DNA from: Pseudomonadota bacterium
GTDB lineage: Bacteria > UBA10199 > 2-02-FULL-44-16 > JBDRGF01
Direction of reading: 5' to 3'
Assembly (NCBI GenBank): GCA_043818055.1
Contig: JBDRGF010000016.1
Coordinates: 1 to 54,114, forward strand
DNA: 54,114 nucleotides
Shown here: piece by piece, positions 20,606 through 31,382 of the stretch
Position numbering within the stretch: position 1 is the first letter of the stretch
How the letters are laid out: every line of letters starts with the position of its first letter
The notes under the pieces: generated by a model
What the model was told of the DNA's origin: nothing
Databases searched by the model: none
Seen by the model: only the letters and a program-made list of their open reading frames with translations
Translations under genes and position numbers: made by a program

Positions 20606-21121
20606 TTAATAAAACGCCAGACCCTCCGGCACCTTCACTTTCATCTTTTTCTCTTCAACATCTATATCTATTATAACTTTATCGACGGCAGGGATCATGA
20701 GCTCTCTTCCCTCTTCGTCGGCTATCACATAGACATCATGCACCTTCGTGGGAAATATCTCTTTCAAAATTCCTAAGCGATTATCATCGCAGTCAAAGAC
20801 CTCCATGCCTATGAGCTGGTAAGAGTAGTATTCAGAAGGCTCAAGCGCTTCAAGTTTGCTCTCAGAGATGTACAACAACTTATTCACCAGAAGTTTTGCC
20901 TGATCACAATCGAGTATCCCCTCGAATGCGATCTTGTCTTTATTCCCATGCCTCTTGATAGAACGGATGATGAGCGGTCGGGATTTTTCTGATGAACTAG
21001 TAAAAATCTCATCTCCGACTGAGACGGGGGGAGAGTCGCTGTACCAATAGATCAAAAGATCCCCTGCCAGTCCAACAGTCCGGCCAATCTTAGCGCATTC
21101 TATGAGTTTATCATCATTCAT
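20606..21121 (-). CDS. rimM: 16S rRNA processing protein
   Basis: EYY..QLIG, HDVYVI, LMIPAV; position in the rpsP-trmD operon. Confidence 0.9.
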   Translation of the reverse strand: MNDDKLIECAKIGRTVGLAGDLLIYWYSDSPPVSVGDEIFTSSSEKSRPLIIRSIKRHGNKDKIAFEGILDCDQAKLLVNKLLYISESKLEALEPSEYYSYQLIGMEVFDCDDNRLGILKEIFPTKVHDVYVIADEEGRELMIPAVDKVIIDIDVEEKKMKVKVPEGLAFY

Positions 21122-21224
21122 AATAATCAGACACAACTACGCCTCCTCATCTATGAAATGACTCAGACAACATAGACAAGAAGGCGTTTTGTAAAATTCA
21201 ATTGTAACTGGAGATTACAAAAAA

Positions 21225-21470
21225 CTATTCAATAATTTCCAGTACGCTTCTCTTGCGAATCTTTGTTGAAGATGCTGAAAGGATTGTACGAAGAGCTCTT
21301 GCTGTACGACCCTCCTTGCCAATCACCTTCCCTAAATCCTCTTTGGCAACTTTAAGCTCGATCACTGATATCTGTTCTCCCTCAACCTCTGTCACTTCGA
21401 CTTCATCCGGCTTGTCCACCAAAGCCTTTGCGATTATTTCGATCAATTTCTTCATGCTATCGTCTGACAT
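21225..21470 (-). CDS. khpA: KH-domain RNA-binding protein
   Basis: [13 protein letters not shown]. Confidence 0.92.
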   Translation of the reverse strand: MSDDSMKKLIEIIAKALVDKPDEVEVTEVEGEQISVIELKVAKEDLGKVIGKEGRTARALRTILSASSTKIRKRSVLEIIE

Positions 21471-21481
21471 AACTCCCTCCT

Positions 21482-21724
21482 CTACTGTAATTTATTTTTC
21501 TTAAGCAGCTGTCCCACTGTAAGGCTGGGCTGCGCACCCTTCTCAAGCCAGTATTTCACTCGCTCTGCCTTGAACTCGGCCTGATCCTTCTCCTTCAAAG
21601 GGTCGAAAGATCCGACGATCTCAATAAAACGACCGTCTCGCGGTTTTTCGCCATGAGCGACCACTACGCGATAATAGGGGGTTTTCTTCTTTCCGTACCT
21701 TGCAAGCCTTATCCTGACTACCAT
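21482..21724 (-). CDS. rpsP: 30S ribosomal protein S16
   Basis: VRIRLAR.G.K..P.YR, RDGRFIE. Confidence 0.96.
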   Translation of the reverse strand: MVVRIRLARYGKKKTPYYRVVVAHGEKPRDGRFIEIVGSFDPLKEKDQAEFKAERVKYWLEKGAQPSLTVGQLLKKNKLQ

Positions 21725-21775
21725 CTATTCCTCCTGATTGCATAAAAACAGTTTAGCGCGACGATTTAGCATATA

Positions 21776-23119
21776 TTACTTTAAAGTCAAGCCTCGCATG
21801 AGGTTTTTTAAACCACCCATCCCGCCTTTGGACAATTTTTTCATCATTTGGGACATCATCTCATAATCCTTGAGCAGCCGGTTTACAGCTGACTGATCGG
21901 TGCCTGAACCCTTTGCTATCCTTAACCTTCTGGAACCATTGAGTATTTTGGGATGTCTTCGTTCCTTTGGCGTCATAGATGATAAAATAGCCCTCTTCCA
22001 TTTGAGCTCGGCTTCAGCATCTTTCGGATCTACGCCTGAGTTACCCAGATTTCCCATGCCGGGAATCATCTTCATAATTCCGCCAAGCCCTCCCAGCTTT
22101 CTCACCATATCGAGCTGCTTCATAAAATCATCGAGCGTCAACTCACCATTCCTGAAACTCAACTCAGCCCTCTTCATATCCGCTTCATCGACTCCCTCTT
22201 GCACCTTTTCGACGAGGCCAACGATATCTCCCATATTGAGGATGCGTCCCGCGACACGCTTAGGATCGAATACTTCAAAATCCTTTATCGATTCGCCAAT
22301 CCCTGCGAAGAGTATCGGTTTCCCCGTGATATGTTTTACGGATAGAACGGCTCCACCTCTTGCGTCGCCATCCATCTTAGTGAAGACAAGCCCTGTGATC
22401 GGAATCGATTCGTTGAAAGACTTCGCAGCGAGCAAAGCATCCTGACCGGTCATCGCATCAGCGACATAGAGAATCCTTTGCGGCTCGGCAACTTTTATAA
22501 CTTCCTTCAATTCCTGCATCATCTCTTCATCTATATGCAGCCTGCCTGCGGTGTCGATTATGACTGTATCATATCCAAAACTCTTAGCCTCTTTTAACGC
22601 GCGCTTCACAACCTTTGGAGCCTTATCGCCGTTTTGAGTATCGTAACATGGAAACGCATTTTTCTTTGCAAGGCTTTTGAGCTGCTCTATGGCGGCCGGT
22701 CTTTTGACATCGGCAGGAACGAGGTAGGGAGTCCTTCCCGACTTTTTACAATGTTGCGCGAATTTAGCAGCGGTCGTCGTCTTTCCGCTCCCCTGCAATC
22801 CGACCAAAACGATGACGAGCGGAGGCGTTGCGGTAAAATCGAAATTCGTCTGCACACCTCCAAGTGTTTCTATGAGCTGGTCGTGTACAACCTTTGTGAA
22901 TACCTGCGCGGGATTGAGCGATTCGTGAATTTTGAGTCCGACGGCCGTTTTCGAAACCGATTCAACGAACTCCCTCACGACGTGATAATTAACATCCGCT
23001 GAAAGGAGTGCTAGTTTGATATCGCGCGAGGCGACATCGACATCGGCGATGGAGAGTTTTCCCCGACCGGATATCTTTTCAAAAACCGCCTGAACTTTAT
23101 TTCCTAGTGTTGAGAACAT
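21776..23119 (-). CDS. ffh: Signal recognition particle protein
   Basis: GLQGSGKTT, DTAGR, TKMDGDARGG, M-domain SRRLRIAKGSG. Confidence 0.96.
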   Translation of the reverse strand: MFSTLGNKVQAVFEKISGRGKLSIADVDVASRDIKLALLSADVNYHVVREFVESVSKTAVGLKIHESLNPAQVFTKVVHDQLIETLGGVQTNFDFTATPPLVIVLVGLQGSGKTTTAAKFAQHCKKSGRTPYLVPADVKRPAAIEQLKSLAKKNAFPCYDTQNGDKAPKVVKRALKEAKSFGYDTVIIDTAGRLHIDEEMMQELKEVIKVAEPQRILYVADAMTGQDALLAAKSFNESIPITGLVFTKMDGDARGGAVLSVKHITGKPILFAGIGESIKDFEVFDPKRVAGRILNMGDIVGLVEKVQEGVDEADMKRAELSFRNGELTLDDFMKQLDMVRKLGGLGGIMKMIPGMGNLGNSGVDPKDAEAELKWKRAILSSMTPKERRHPKILNGSRRLRIAKGSGTDQSAVNRLLKDYEMMSQMMKKLSKGGMGGLKNLMRGLTLK

Positions 23120-23135
23120 AAAAATTCGGTTGCTT

Positions 23136-23197
23136 GTAGGGGAGGGTTTAAAACCCTCCCGTTATAGAAGGCGGGCAGGTTTAAAACCTGCCCCTAC
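23136..23197. repeat. Paired GTAG-family REP (REPIN-like doublet)
   Basis: GTAGGGGAGGGTTTAAAACCCTCCC ... GGGCAGGTTTAAAACCTGCCCCTAC. Confidence 0.8.
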
Positions 23198-23206
23198 AAA
23201 AACTTT

Positions 23207-24052
23207 TTAAAATGATTTTAATCTCTCCACAACCTCTTCGATCACCCATCTTGGAGTTGAGGCTCCTGCTGTTACACCGATGGTTTTGGCATCCTTGAAA
23301 TCTTCCATTCTTAGCTCAGAGACACCCTCGACATGCCAGGTCGACGCCCCCATCTGACGGGAGATCTCGGCAAGCCTCGTCGTGTTCGCGCTGTTGCGAC
23401 CACCCACGACAACTATCGCATCGACCTTCTTGGCAAACTCTTTGACCTCCTGCTGCCTCTGCGCAGTTGATCGGCAGATCGTATCATAAACTTTACAATT
23501 GGAATATCTCTCCTTTATCACCGAGACCAGCTCCTGAAAGTGTGACTGCTGTTGTGTGCTCTGCGAGACGACACAGACTTTTGAAAAATCCTCTGGCAGC
23601 GCCAGAATATCCTCTTTCGTAAGTACACAGGCGCTCTTTCCTTCACCGAATCCCAAAAGTGCTTCTACCTCAGGATGTTCGCGGCTGCCGATGATTATAA
23701 CGAAGTAGCCCTGCCTCACATGCCTCTTCACAATACCCTGAATGTATCCCACATCTGGACATGTCGCGTCACACAGCTTCGCTCCTGCCTGCAGAAGTTT
23801 TTTCCTCTCATCAGGTGGCAGTCCGTGAGTGCGTATGGCGACAACGCCTGAGATATGTTCGGGTATCTCCTTAAGAAGCTTAACTCCCTTATCCTCCAGC
23901 ATCTTCACAGCCTGAGGATTGTGGATGAGCGGGCCGTATGTGAATGTCTTGTGGGAGCTTCCATTGTTGGCGGCAACTTCTAGAACTTTGTCGAAGGCCC
24001 TCTGCACGCCCCAGCAAAAGCCGGCGGACTTTGCGACATAGATATCCTTCAC
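23207..24052 (-). CDS. ispH: 4-hydroxy-3-methylbut-2-enyl diphosphate reductase
   Basis: GFCWGV, DATCP, TIC, SANT, TAGASTP. Confidence 0.95.
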   Translation of the reverse strand: MKDIYVAKSAGFCWGVQRAFDKVLEVAANNGSSHKTFTYGPLIHNPQAVKMLEDKGVKLLKEIPEHISGVVAIRTHGLPPDERKKLLQAGAKLCDATCPDVGYIQGIVKRHVRQGYFVIIIGSREHPEVEALLGFGEGKSACVLTKEDILALPEDFSKVCVVSQSTQQQSHFQELVSVIKERYSNCKVYDTICRSTAQRQQEVKEFAKKVDAIVVVGGRNSANTTRLAEISRQMGASTWHVEGVSELRMEDFKDAKTIGVTAGASTPRWVIEEVVERLKSF

Positions 24053-24462
24053 GTCTTCCTCCCGAGCTCCTTTGCAATATTGTCGAGAATGCCGTTGACG
24101 AATGAACCGCTCTGGGAATCGCCGTAGTTCTTAGCAATATCGACGGCCTCGTTGATCGTAACTCTCGCCGGTATATCCTCACAGAAGAGAAGCTCATATA
24201 TAGCAAGGCGCATGATATTCCTGTCGACATATGCCATGCGTCCCAACTTCCAGTTAGTCGAATGGGAGGCGATCATCTCGTCGATTTTTTCCTGGTTCGA
24301 CAAAACTCCCTCGACGAGCTGCCTTGAAAACTCCTTGCTCTCCTCGGATGCTTCGATCCTGGTCCAGAAACCTTCGTTCGATTTGTCCTTGTTTTTGCCC
24401 TTCAGATCGATCTGATAGAGAAGCTTAAGCGCGTTTTCTCTGGCAATTCTCCGTTTACCCAT
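24049..24462 (-). CDS. nusB: Transcription antitermination factor
   Basis: RR.ARE, VDRNIMR, INEAV, FVNGILD. Confidence 0.95.
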   Translation of the reverse strand: MGKRRIARENALKLLYQIDLKGKNKDKSNEGFWTRIEASEESKEFSRQLVEGVLSNQEKIDEMIASHSTNWKLGRMAYVDRNIMRLAIYELLFCEDIPARVTINEAVDIAKNYGDSQSGSFVNGILDNIAKELGRKT

Positions 24463-24479
24463 AATTCATCCTTCATACC

Positions 24480-24944
24480 TTATAGCTGTTTGATCACATT
24501 CACCATCTCGACGACCGACATCACAGCTTCCGAACCTTTGTTGCCATGTTTGCTGCCGGATCTTTCGACCGCCTGCTGAAGATCTTCGGCTGTGATCACG
24601 CCGAACGTAACGGGGATACCGCTCTGAAGACTCAAAGTGGCGATCCCTCTCGCCGTCTGGGCTGAGACATGTTCGAAGTGCGGCGTCTCACCGCGGATGA
24701 TAGCGCCCAGACATACGATCCCGTCATATTTTTTTGACTCGACAAGTTTTTTCGCAGCGACTGTCAGCTCGAATGATCCCGGCACCTTCACAACCGCGGC
24801 GTCATCGGGATTAGCGCCTAATCGTCGCAAGGTATCAACAGCACCCTCTAGCAAACGATCCGTTATGAACGAGTTGAACCGACTCACGACGAGCGCGATC
24901 TTCAATCCTTCTGCTGACAACTTACCTTCAATTACCTTTGGCAT
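24480..24944 (-). CDS. ribH: 6,7-dimethyl-8-ribityllumazine synthase
   Basis: SRFN, VPGSFE, IRGETPHF. Confidence 0.95.
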   Translation of the reverse strand: MPKVIEGKLSAEGLKIALVVSRFNSFITDRLLEGAVDTLRRLGANPDDAAVVKVPGSFELTVAAKKLVESKKYDGIVCLGAIIRGETPHFEHVSAQTARGIATLSLQSGIPVTFGVITAEDLQQAVERSGSKHGNKGSEAVMSVVEMVNVIKQL

Positions 24945-24960
24945 ATTAACTCCCTCCAAT

Positions 24961-25016
24961 TTAGCGGATAGCGTATAGGGTGTAGCGTTTAGCTAAGACC
25001 TATCCGCTAAACGCTA
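24961..25016. repeat. TAGCG-type heptamer inverted-repeat element
   Basis: TAGCGGA TAGCGTA TAGGGTG TAGCGTT ... TCCGCTA AACGCTA. Confidence 0.7.
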
Positions 25017-26225
25017 TTTGCTTAACATGTGTCCCAGCTTATCTCGTTTTGTTTTCAAGTAGAATTCATTCTTCTCGCCGGGGTTTATTTCGATCGGAAT
25101 TCTTTCCACTACTTCGATTCCGTATCCTTCCAGTCCGACGATCTTTCTTGGATTATTCGTCAAAAGCCTTACACGCTTGATTCCAATATCCATCAATATC
25201 TGCGCGCCGATTCCGTAATCCCTAAGATCCGCTGCAAATCCAAGTTTTTCATTCGCCTCAACGGTATCACAGCCATGATCCTGCAGGCTGTAAGCCTTTA
25301 TCTTGTTCTTGAGGCCGATGCCTCTTCCCTCTTGCCTGATATAGACAACCACTCCTTTACCCTCGTTCCCTATCATCTGAAGCGATCGTTTGAGCTGCTC
25401 TCCGCAATCACAGCGGCTCGATCCGAATACATCTCCTGTGAGACATTCGGAATGCATCCTAACAAGCACATCGTCGTCAGCTGTGAAAGTTCCCTTCACA
25501 AGAGCAACATGGATATGATCGTCGATGTGAGATGTGTATGCGCGTATGTTAAAATCCCCCGCATCTACAACAGGTAAATAAGCATGGGAGACGCATTCAA
25601 CTAGCCTCTCATTTTGCAGGCGATATTTAATTAGATCGGCAATGGTCACTATCATTATATTATGCTTTACTGAAAATTCCTTCAGCTCCTTCATCCGCGA
25701 CATCGTCCCATCCTCGTTCATGATCTCACAGATCACCCCTGAGGATTTCAAACCGGCTAAGCGCGCCAGATCGACAGCCCCTTCAGTCTGCCCTGCACGC
25801 ACGAGCACCCCGCCATTTACAGCGCGCAGCGGAAAGATATGCCCCGGTCGCGAGAATTGGTCCGGGCTCACCTTTTCATCCAGCGTCAATCTGATAGTGA
25901 GAGCCCTGTCGGCGGCGGAGATCCCTGTGGTCGTCCCATCCTTCGCATCGATAGAAACTGTAAAACCTGTCTGAAAGCGCGCGGTGTTATTTTCAACCAT
26001 AAGAGGCAAGGAGAGTTCCTCCGCTCTCTTCTCCGTAAGTGCAAGGCAGATGAGCCCTCTACCCTCTCTTGCCATGAAGTTGACCACTTCGGGAGAGATC
26101 TTCTCGGAGGCGATCATGAGATCACCCTCGTTTTCGCGGTTCTCATCATCGACGAGAATGATCATCTTTCCCGCCTTAATCTCCGAAATTGCGCGTTCTA
26201 TGTTTTTGATATAATCGTTACTCAT
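25014..26225 (-). CDS. ribBA: Bifunctional DHBP synthase / GTP cyclohydrolase II
   Basis: [34 protein letters not shown]. Confidence 0.95.
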   Translation of the reverse strand: MSNDYIKNIERAISEIKAGKMIILVDDENRENEGDLMIASEKISPEVVNFMAREGRGLICLALTEKRAEELSLPLMVENNTARFQTGFTVSIDAKDGTTTGISAADRALTIRLTLDEKVSPDQFSRPGHIFPLRAVNGGVLVRAGQTEGAVDLARLAGLKSSGVICEIMNEDGTMSRMKELKEFSVKHNIMIVTIADLIKYRLQNERLVECVSHAYLPVVDAGDFNIRAYTSHIDDHIHVALVKGTFTADDDVLVRMHSECLTGDVFGSSRCDCGEQLKRSLQMIGNEGKGVVVYIRQEGRGIGLKNKIKAYSLQDHGCDTVEANEKLGFAADLRDYGIGAQILMDIGIKRVRLLTNNPRKIVGLEGYGIEVVERIPIEINPGEKNEFYLKTKRDKLGHMLSK

Positions 26226-26243
26226 AATTGTTTTTACTAACTC

Positions 26244-26271
26244 GTAAGGGCGGTTCGCGAACCGCCCCTAC
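26244..26271. repeat. GTAG-family REP palindrome
   Basis: GTAAGGGCGGTTCGCGAACCGCCCCTAC. Confidence 0.8.
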
Positions 26272-26284
26272 AACAAGTCTGCTT

Positions 26285-26938
26285 TTATTCAAATCCGTGC
26301 TGTTTTAAAAACTCTTTAGTCAGCTCTGATTTCTCTTTGAGGTCATTATCGTCTAGAAACTTGAGTTTCTCAACATATTTGCCAATAATGTCAACTTCCA
26401 AATTGACGTAGCTCCCCACTTTTAGCCAGCTGAATGTGGTGGTTAGCGAAGTATGCGGAATGATTGTCACTTCGAATGTTTTTTTATCCATCGACTGCAC
26501 GGTCAGACTCACGCCATCGACGGCAACGGAGCCCTTTTCAACGATGTTCTTCGAAAAGTTTGCGGGGATATATATTTTTATCCTCATAGAGTTGGAAGAT
26601 TTTTTTATACTCACAACTTCGCTCACAGCATCGACGTGTCCCTGAACGAGATGACCATCGAGGCGTCCACCCAATCTCATCGCCCTTTCAAGGTTTACAA
26701 CGCCTGAAGTTCTCAACCTTCCAAGCGTACTCGAGAGAATCGTGTCGGGGGAGATATCCACCCAAAAACACTTCCCGAGCCTCGATGTGACAGTAAGACA
26801 ACAGCCGTTCACCGCGATCGAATCGCCGACATTTGTTGTGTCGAGAGCGAATGAAGATTCTATCTCAAGCCGTTTTCCTGAGCCGACTTTAGAGACCGAT
26901 CTCACTTTGCCTGTCCCTTCAATTATTCCTGTAAACAT
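26285..26938 (-). CDS. ribE: Riboflavin synthase alpha chain
   Basis: MFTGII, GDSIAVNGCCLTV, GHLVQGHVD. Confidence 0.95.
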   Translation of the reverse strand: MFTGIIEGTGKVRSVSKVGSGKRLEIESSFALDTTNVGDSIAVNGCCLTVTSRLGKCFWVDISPDTILSSTLGRLRTSGVVNLERAMRLGGRLDGHLVQGHVDAVSEVVSIKKSSNSMRIKIYIPANFSKNIVEKGSVAVDGVSLTVQSMDKKTFEVTIIPHTSLTTTFSWLKVGSYVNLEVDIIGKYVEKLKFLDDNDLKEKSELTKEFLKQHGFE

Positions 26939-28032
26939 CAGAAGTGACCCTCCAAAACTACATCACCATCGAACTCGAGCAATTTAATATTGTTGAGCAT
27001 CGGCGCAGATGCGATATCTACTACATCGAGTGTCGGCATGAGATCTATGCTCTTTCCACCTAAAAATTTAGGTGAGATGCACGCGACAACTCTGTCGACG
27101 AGATTTTCATTGATCAGCTCGCTAAAAAGAGTCGCGCCTCCCTCGACCATTACGGAGACGATTTCCTTCTGTGCAAGTTGCGAAAAAAGCTCCATGAGAT
27201 CGATGTATCCGCGATCATCCTCTTGCAGCGTGATCAGATCGAATCCCTTCGCAACTAATTTATCAAACTTTTCTGGCGGCGCGTTTTTTGTCGTCGCTAT
27301 TATGAGCTCACCCGCTTTGCGATTGTAGAGGTTGCACTCCATAGAAATTTTCAACCTCTCATCAATAACGATTGCCCTGGGCTGAGATAAATCATCGTCA
27401 TCCAACCGGACATTCAACCTTGGATTGTCGGCAAGGACTGTGCCGAAGCCAACCATCACCGCGTCATGTTCTGAACGAATCTTATGAACATATCTTCTGC
27501 AACTCTCATTCGTTATCCATTTCGAAGTGCCATCTTCGAGTGCGATCTTTCCATCGAGTGAAATCGCAGCCTTCATCGTGACGAATGGAAGATATCGCTC
27601 CTTGAATTTTTTGTAAGGTCGGATGAGCGCTGCGCATGGTTCATACTCATCCATTACATCGACAGCAATACCCGCATTTTTCAAAGCGACTATCCCGTTG
27701 CCATCAACTCTCTGATCCGGATCAATACTGCCAACGCAAACTTTTGAAATACCACTTTCCATTATCGCCTTAGTGCATGGTGGAGTTTTTCCGGTATGAC
27801 AACATGGCTCAAGCGTCACATACAGCGTGGCTCCTTTCGCCCTCTCCTTTGCTTCGCGAATGGCTATTACTTCAGCATGATCTAAGCCGGATTTAATATG
27901 ATAGCCCTCAGAGATGATCTCATCATTCTTCACAACAACAGCGCCGACGGGAGGATTAGGGGAGGTCTTTCCTAAACCACGTTTAGCGAGTTCGCATGCA
28001 CGCGACATGAAATGTTCATCACTTTTTTTCAT
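26938..28032 (-). CDS. ribD: Riboflavin deaminase/reductase
   Basis: PNPPVG, HAE, TLEPCCH.GKTPPC, EGG. Confidence 0.95.
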   Translation of the reverse strand: MKKSDEHFMSRACELAKRGLGKTSPNPPVGAVVVKNDEIISEGYHIKSGLDHAEVIAIREAKERAKGATLYVTLEPCCHTGKTPPCTKAIMESGISKVCVGSIDPDQRVDGNGIVALKNAGIAVDVMDEYEPCAALIRPYKKFKERYLPFVTMKAAISLDGKIALEDGTSKWITNESCRRYVHKIRSEHDAVMVGFGTVLADNPRLNVRLDDDDLSQPRAIVIDERLKISMECNLYNRKAGELIIATTKNAPPEKFDKLVAKGFDLITLQEDDRGYIDLMELFSQLAQKEIVSVMVEGGATLFSELINENLVDRVVACISPKFLGGKSIDLMPTLDVVDIASAPMLNNIKLLEFDGDVVLEGHF

Positions 28033-28486
28033 TTTCTTCGTCAAAAATATCCTTTAGCCGCTCCATGAATTCGCCGATGTCTTTGAACGATCTGTAAACG
28101 GATGCGAATCTCACATAGGCGACTTGATCGAGATCCTTGAGCTGGCTCATCACCTCTTCGCCGATCACCGTGCTCTTCAGCTCCACCTCGCCCTTATCCT
28201 GTACCCATCTCTCGATCCGGTCAACGAGTTCTTCTATCGTCTGCATCGACACAGGACGTTTCTCACAGGCCTTCTTAATACCTACGATTATCTTCAACCT
28301 GTCATAAGCCTCTCTCCTGCCATCCTTTTTGATGATCATCGGAAGGGGCTCTTCGACCCGTTCGTATGTAGTGAAACGCTGAACGCATTTTTCGCACTCG
28401 CGCCGTCTCCGGATTATAGCTCCCTCCTTCGACATACGAGAGTCGATCACTTTTGTATCAGGTTCCTGGCAAAATGGGCATTTCAT
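28019..28486 (-). CDS. nrdR: Transcriptional repressor NrdR
   Basis: [27 protein letters not shown]. Confidence 0.96.
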   Translation of the reverse strand: MKCPFCQEPDTKVIDSRMSKEGAIIRRRRECEKCVQRFTTYERVEEPLPMIIKKDGRREAYDRLKIIVGIKKACEKRPVSMQTIEELVDRIERWVQDKGEVELKSTVIGEEVMSQLKDLDQVAYVRFASVYRSFKDIGEFMERLKDIFDEENEKK

Positions 28487-28500
28487 AAAAAATCCGTCTG

Positions 28501-28609
28501 TCGTGAAGCGTCATTCGTGAAACGTGGGTGGAAAAAATTATAATAATTTTCCTTGGACGCTTCACGCTTCACGGGTGGACGCTTCACGTATTGACGTTTA
28601 CGTCAATAC
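28501..28609. repeat. CGTGAAG heptamer element plus hairpin over the glyA stop
   Basis: Homologous to 3815-3936; GTATTGACGT-TT-ACGTCAATAC perfect hairpin at 28588-28609. Confidence 0.8.
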
Positions 28610-29841
28610 ATTGGGAAATCTTCGCAGAATTTGCGAATTTCCTTTTTTATATTTTCCTGTTTCGATTCGTCAGTTACATCGTCCAAAATATCTGCAATCC
28701 AATTTCCGATCCTTTCCATCTCCTTTTCCTTCATGCCGCGGGTGGTCAGTGCTGGCGTTCCAATTCTGATTCCGCTTGTGATGAAGGGGGAACGCGTCTC
28801 TCTTGGGATCGTGTTCTTGTTGACTGTGATGCCGGCCTTTTCCAGAGCTTGTTCGGCGTCCTTTCCGGTCATATTTTTCTCTGTTAGATCGACCAGAAAG
28901 AGGTGCGTATCGGTGCCACCTGTAACGATGCGATATTTTCTCTCCTGCAAAGTCTTAGCGAGCTTTCTCGAATTTGCAACTATCTGCGTGCAGTAAGTTT
29001 TATAGTCGGGCTGCAAATCCTCAAAAAAGGCGACGGCCTTCGCCGCGATGATGTGCATGAGCGGGCCGCCCTGAATGCCGGGGAAGATCGTCTTATCGAT
29101 GGGCTTTGCGAACGCCTCCTTACACATGATCATGCCTCCTCTTGGACCACGAAGCGTCTTGTGCGTCGTCGTCGTCACAAACTGACAATGTGGAACTGGA
29201 GATGTATGAAGGCCTGTCGCGACAAGTCCTGCCGGATGCGCAATATCGGCCATGACGAGCGCGCCAACTTCATCGGCGATCTCTCGAAATTTTGCAAAAT
29301 CGATATCACGCGAATAGGCGCTTGCACCACATACGATCATCTTCGGCTTGTGTTCAAGGGCAATCTTTCTGACATTATCGTAGTCTATCAATTCAGTTTC
29401 AGGATCGACGCCATACTGCACCACTTTGAAAAACTTTCCGGAAAAGCTCACCGGAGAGCCATGCGTGAGATGACCTCCCTGCGAGAGATTCATGCCGAGT
29501 ATTGTATCGCCCGGCTGCAATGAGCTGAAATAGACAGCCATGTTGGCCTGAGAACCTGAGTGGGGCTGGACGTTGACATGCTCTGCGCCAAAGAGTTTCT
29601 TGGCGCGCTCCCTTGCAAGATCCTCAGCAATATCGACAAATTCGCAGCCGCCGTAATAGCGCTTGTGGGGATAACCTTCGGCATACTTGTTGGTCATCAC
29701 ACAGCCGGCGACTTCAAGCACACGTTTAGAGACGAAATTTTCACTCGCAATCAACTCGAGCTTATACATCTGACGGTCGAGTTCACCGGTAATTGCATCG
29801 GCGATATCCGGATCAAAGGACTTCAACTCTTTTGATATCAT
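28603..29841 (-). CDS. glyA: Serine hydroxymethyltransferase
   Basis: [28 protein letters not shown]. Confidence 0.97.
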   Translation of the reverse strand: MISKELKSFDPDIADAITGELDRQMYKLELIASENFVSKRVLEVAGCVMTNKYAEGYPHKRYYGGCEFVDIAEDLARERAKKLFGAEHVNVQPHSGSQANMAVYFSSLQPGDTILGMNLSQGGHLTHGSPVSFSGKFFKVVQYGVDPETELIDYDNVRKIALEHKPKMIVCGASAYSRDIDFAKFREIADEVGALVMADIAHPAGLVATGLHTSPVPHCQFVTTTTHKTLRGPRGGMIMCKEAFAKPIDKTIFPGIQGGPLMHIIAAKAVAFFEDLQPDYKTYCTQIVANSRKLAKTLQERKYRIVTGGTDTHLFLVDLTEKNMTGKDAEQALEKAGITVNKNTIPRETRSPFITSGIRIGTPALTTRGMKEKEMERIGNWIADILDDVTDESKQENIKKEIRKFCEDFPMY

Positions 29842-29850
29842 TATCCCTCC

Positions 29851-29925
29851 TCAATACGTGAAGCGTGGGGCGGAAAAGATTATAACGATTTTTTCTTGTA
29901 CACTTCACAAAATGTGAAACGTGCC
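29851..29925. repeat. Degenerate CGTGAAG heptamer element
   Basis: CGTGAAGCGTGGGGCGGAAAAGATTATAA...CTTCAC. Confidence 0.6.
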
Positions 29926-29970
29926 TAACATAGGAAAAAATAAAGGGCAAGGGGTAGAAAAATCAAAGAC

Positions 29971-30034
29971 GTATATGGCATATGGTCAAAGACTGGATGC
30001 AATAGTTTTTTTCACCATATGCCACATGCGCTTT
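29971..30034. repeat. GCATRTG-type heptamer inverted-repeat element (compact form)
   Basis: GTATATGGCATATGGT ... ACCATATGCCACATGCGCTTT. Confidence 0.65.
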
Positions 30035-30040
30035 TTGCTT

Positions 30041-30469
30041 TTAACGATCGATCTTTTCAACCCTTGCTTCGTGGCGGCCACCCTCAAAAGAAGTTTCAAG
30101 AAAGGTTTTTAAGAATTGTTTCATTTCATCGATCGAGTTCATGCGCGAGCCGAGGCAGGCTACGTTTGCGTCGTTGTGTTTTCTGGAGAGGATTGCATCA
30201 TCAGACACTCTCAATACAGCAGCTCGAACATGTTTCAGGCGGTTGGCTGAGATGCACATTCCGATGCCTGAGCCGCAAATCAAGACCCCTTTTTCGACTG
30301 AGCCATCCGCCACGCGTTTTGCGACTTTTAATGCGAAGTCGAAATAATCGCACCTGGCTGCGGAATTCGGCCCATCGTCAATTACTTCGTGACCCAAGCC
30401 TTCGAGATTTTTTTTTAACTCTGATTTTACTTCGAAACCTGCGTGATCGGAAGCAATGGCAATCTTCAT
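30041..30469 (-). CDS. rpiB: Ribose-5-phosphate isomerase B
   Basis: IASDHAG, CGSGIGM, HNDANV, FEGGRH. Confidence 0.95.
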   Translation of the reverse strand: MKIAIASDHAGFEVKSELKKNLEGLGHEVIDDGPNSAARCDYFDFALKVAKRVADGSVEKGVLICGSGIGMCISANRLKHVRAAVLRVSDDAILSRKHNDANVACLGSRMNSIDEMKQFLKTFLETSFEGGRHEARVEKIDR

Positions 30470-30510
30470 CTAAACCCCCCTTCGCTTGGATTTTTCACAA
30501 ATCCTGTGAC

Positions 30511-30868
30511 AAATCCAAGAAATTCCAAATTACAAGCACCAAATAACAAATAAGCTCCAAATCACAAGCACAAAATTGCAAACAGCTTCGTTTGGCAGTT
30601 TTGTTTTCGAAATTTGGGTAACTATTCAGGTGCCTGTCATTCCCGCGTACAGACTGTGTCATAATTGGTTTTTGGTGTCATCCTGAACAAAGTGAAGGAT
30701 CTTAAGTATCCGAAATCACAAGATTCTTCGCTTCGCTCAGAATGACATTATATGTAAAATTTGAATTATGACACAGTCTGGTAGGCGGGAATCCAGAGGT
30801 TTTATTATATGTGGATCCCCGATCGGAGTCGGGGATGACACAAAGAACAATTTGTTATTTGGAATTTT
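30511..30868. repeat. Nested repeat cluster: heptamer arms enclosing a GTCAT-type palindromic element
   Basis: CAAAT-period arms; GTCATTCCCGCG..GCGGGAATCCAG..TGGATCCCCGATCGGAGTCGGGGATGAC at 30636-30839. Confidence 0.75.
30650..30780. mobile_element. 131-bp MITE
   Basis: Perfect 17-bp TIRs CAGACTGTGTCATAATT; 3-bp GTA duplication; internal GTCATCCTGA..TCAGAATGAC palindrome. Confidence 0.8.
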
Positions 30869-30893
30869 CAGGATTTCTCATGAGAAATCCTGT

Positions 30894-31136
30894 TTATGTT
30901 GCTCGCATTGAAATGAGTTTGATCAAATCTGAGACTGTATCTACTTCTCCAAAAGAGTCGTCGTCGAGCTCGAGGCCAAATTCCTCTTCGATAGCGAGCC
31001 TGAGCTCTACGATATCAAGCGAATCGGCGCCCAGATCGACCGATATGGAGGAGCCCAACTGCACATCCTCCTCACCAAGTCCAAGCTGGGAGGCAACAAT
31101 TCTTATTATCTTTCCTTTGATTATATCCTCTACCAT
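30894..31136 (-). CDS. acpP: Acyl carrier protein
   Basis: DLGADSLD phosphopantetheine motif, IEEEF. Confidence 0.9.
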   Translation of the reverse strand: MVEDIIKGKIIRIVASQLGLGEEDVQLGSSISVDLGADSLDIVELRLAIEEEFGLELDDDSFGEVDTVSDLIKLISMRAT

Positions 31137-31139
31137 CGT

Positions 31140-31331
31140 CTATTCCGCCTTTACCTTTTTGACAATTTCCCGACCTTTATAGTAACCACAGTGATCACAT
31201 ACCCTATGAGGCAGGGTCGGACGTTTGCAATTGGTACAGTTGGACAGAGAGGGAACACTCAATTTGGAATTGGAACCACGTCTTAAAGCGCTTCGGCATC
31301 TCGACTGTCGTCTCTTTGGAACTACTGGCAT
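31140..31331 (-). CDS. rpmF: 50S ribosomal protein L32
   Basis: VPKRR.S, CxxC..PHRVCxxCGYY. Confidence 0.93.
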   Translation of the reverse strand: MPVVPKRRQSRCRSALRRGSNSKLSVPSLSNCTNCKRPTLPHRVCDHCGYYKGREIVKKVKAE

Positions 31332-31382
31332 TTTTAACTCCTTCTTTAAAAAATTGAGAGGGACCTCTACTACAAATGAAGT

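Noticed and set aside
28487..28602. FMN riboswitch upstream of the nrdR-rib genes
   Set aside because: No RFN consensus motifs; the gap is filled by a repeat element
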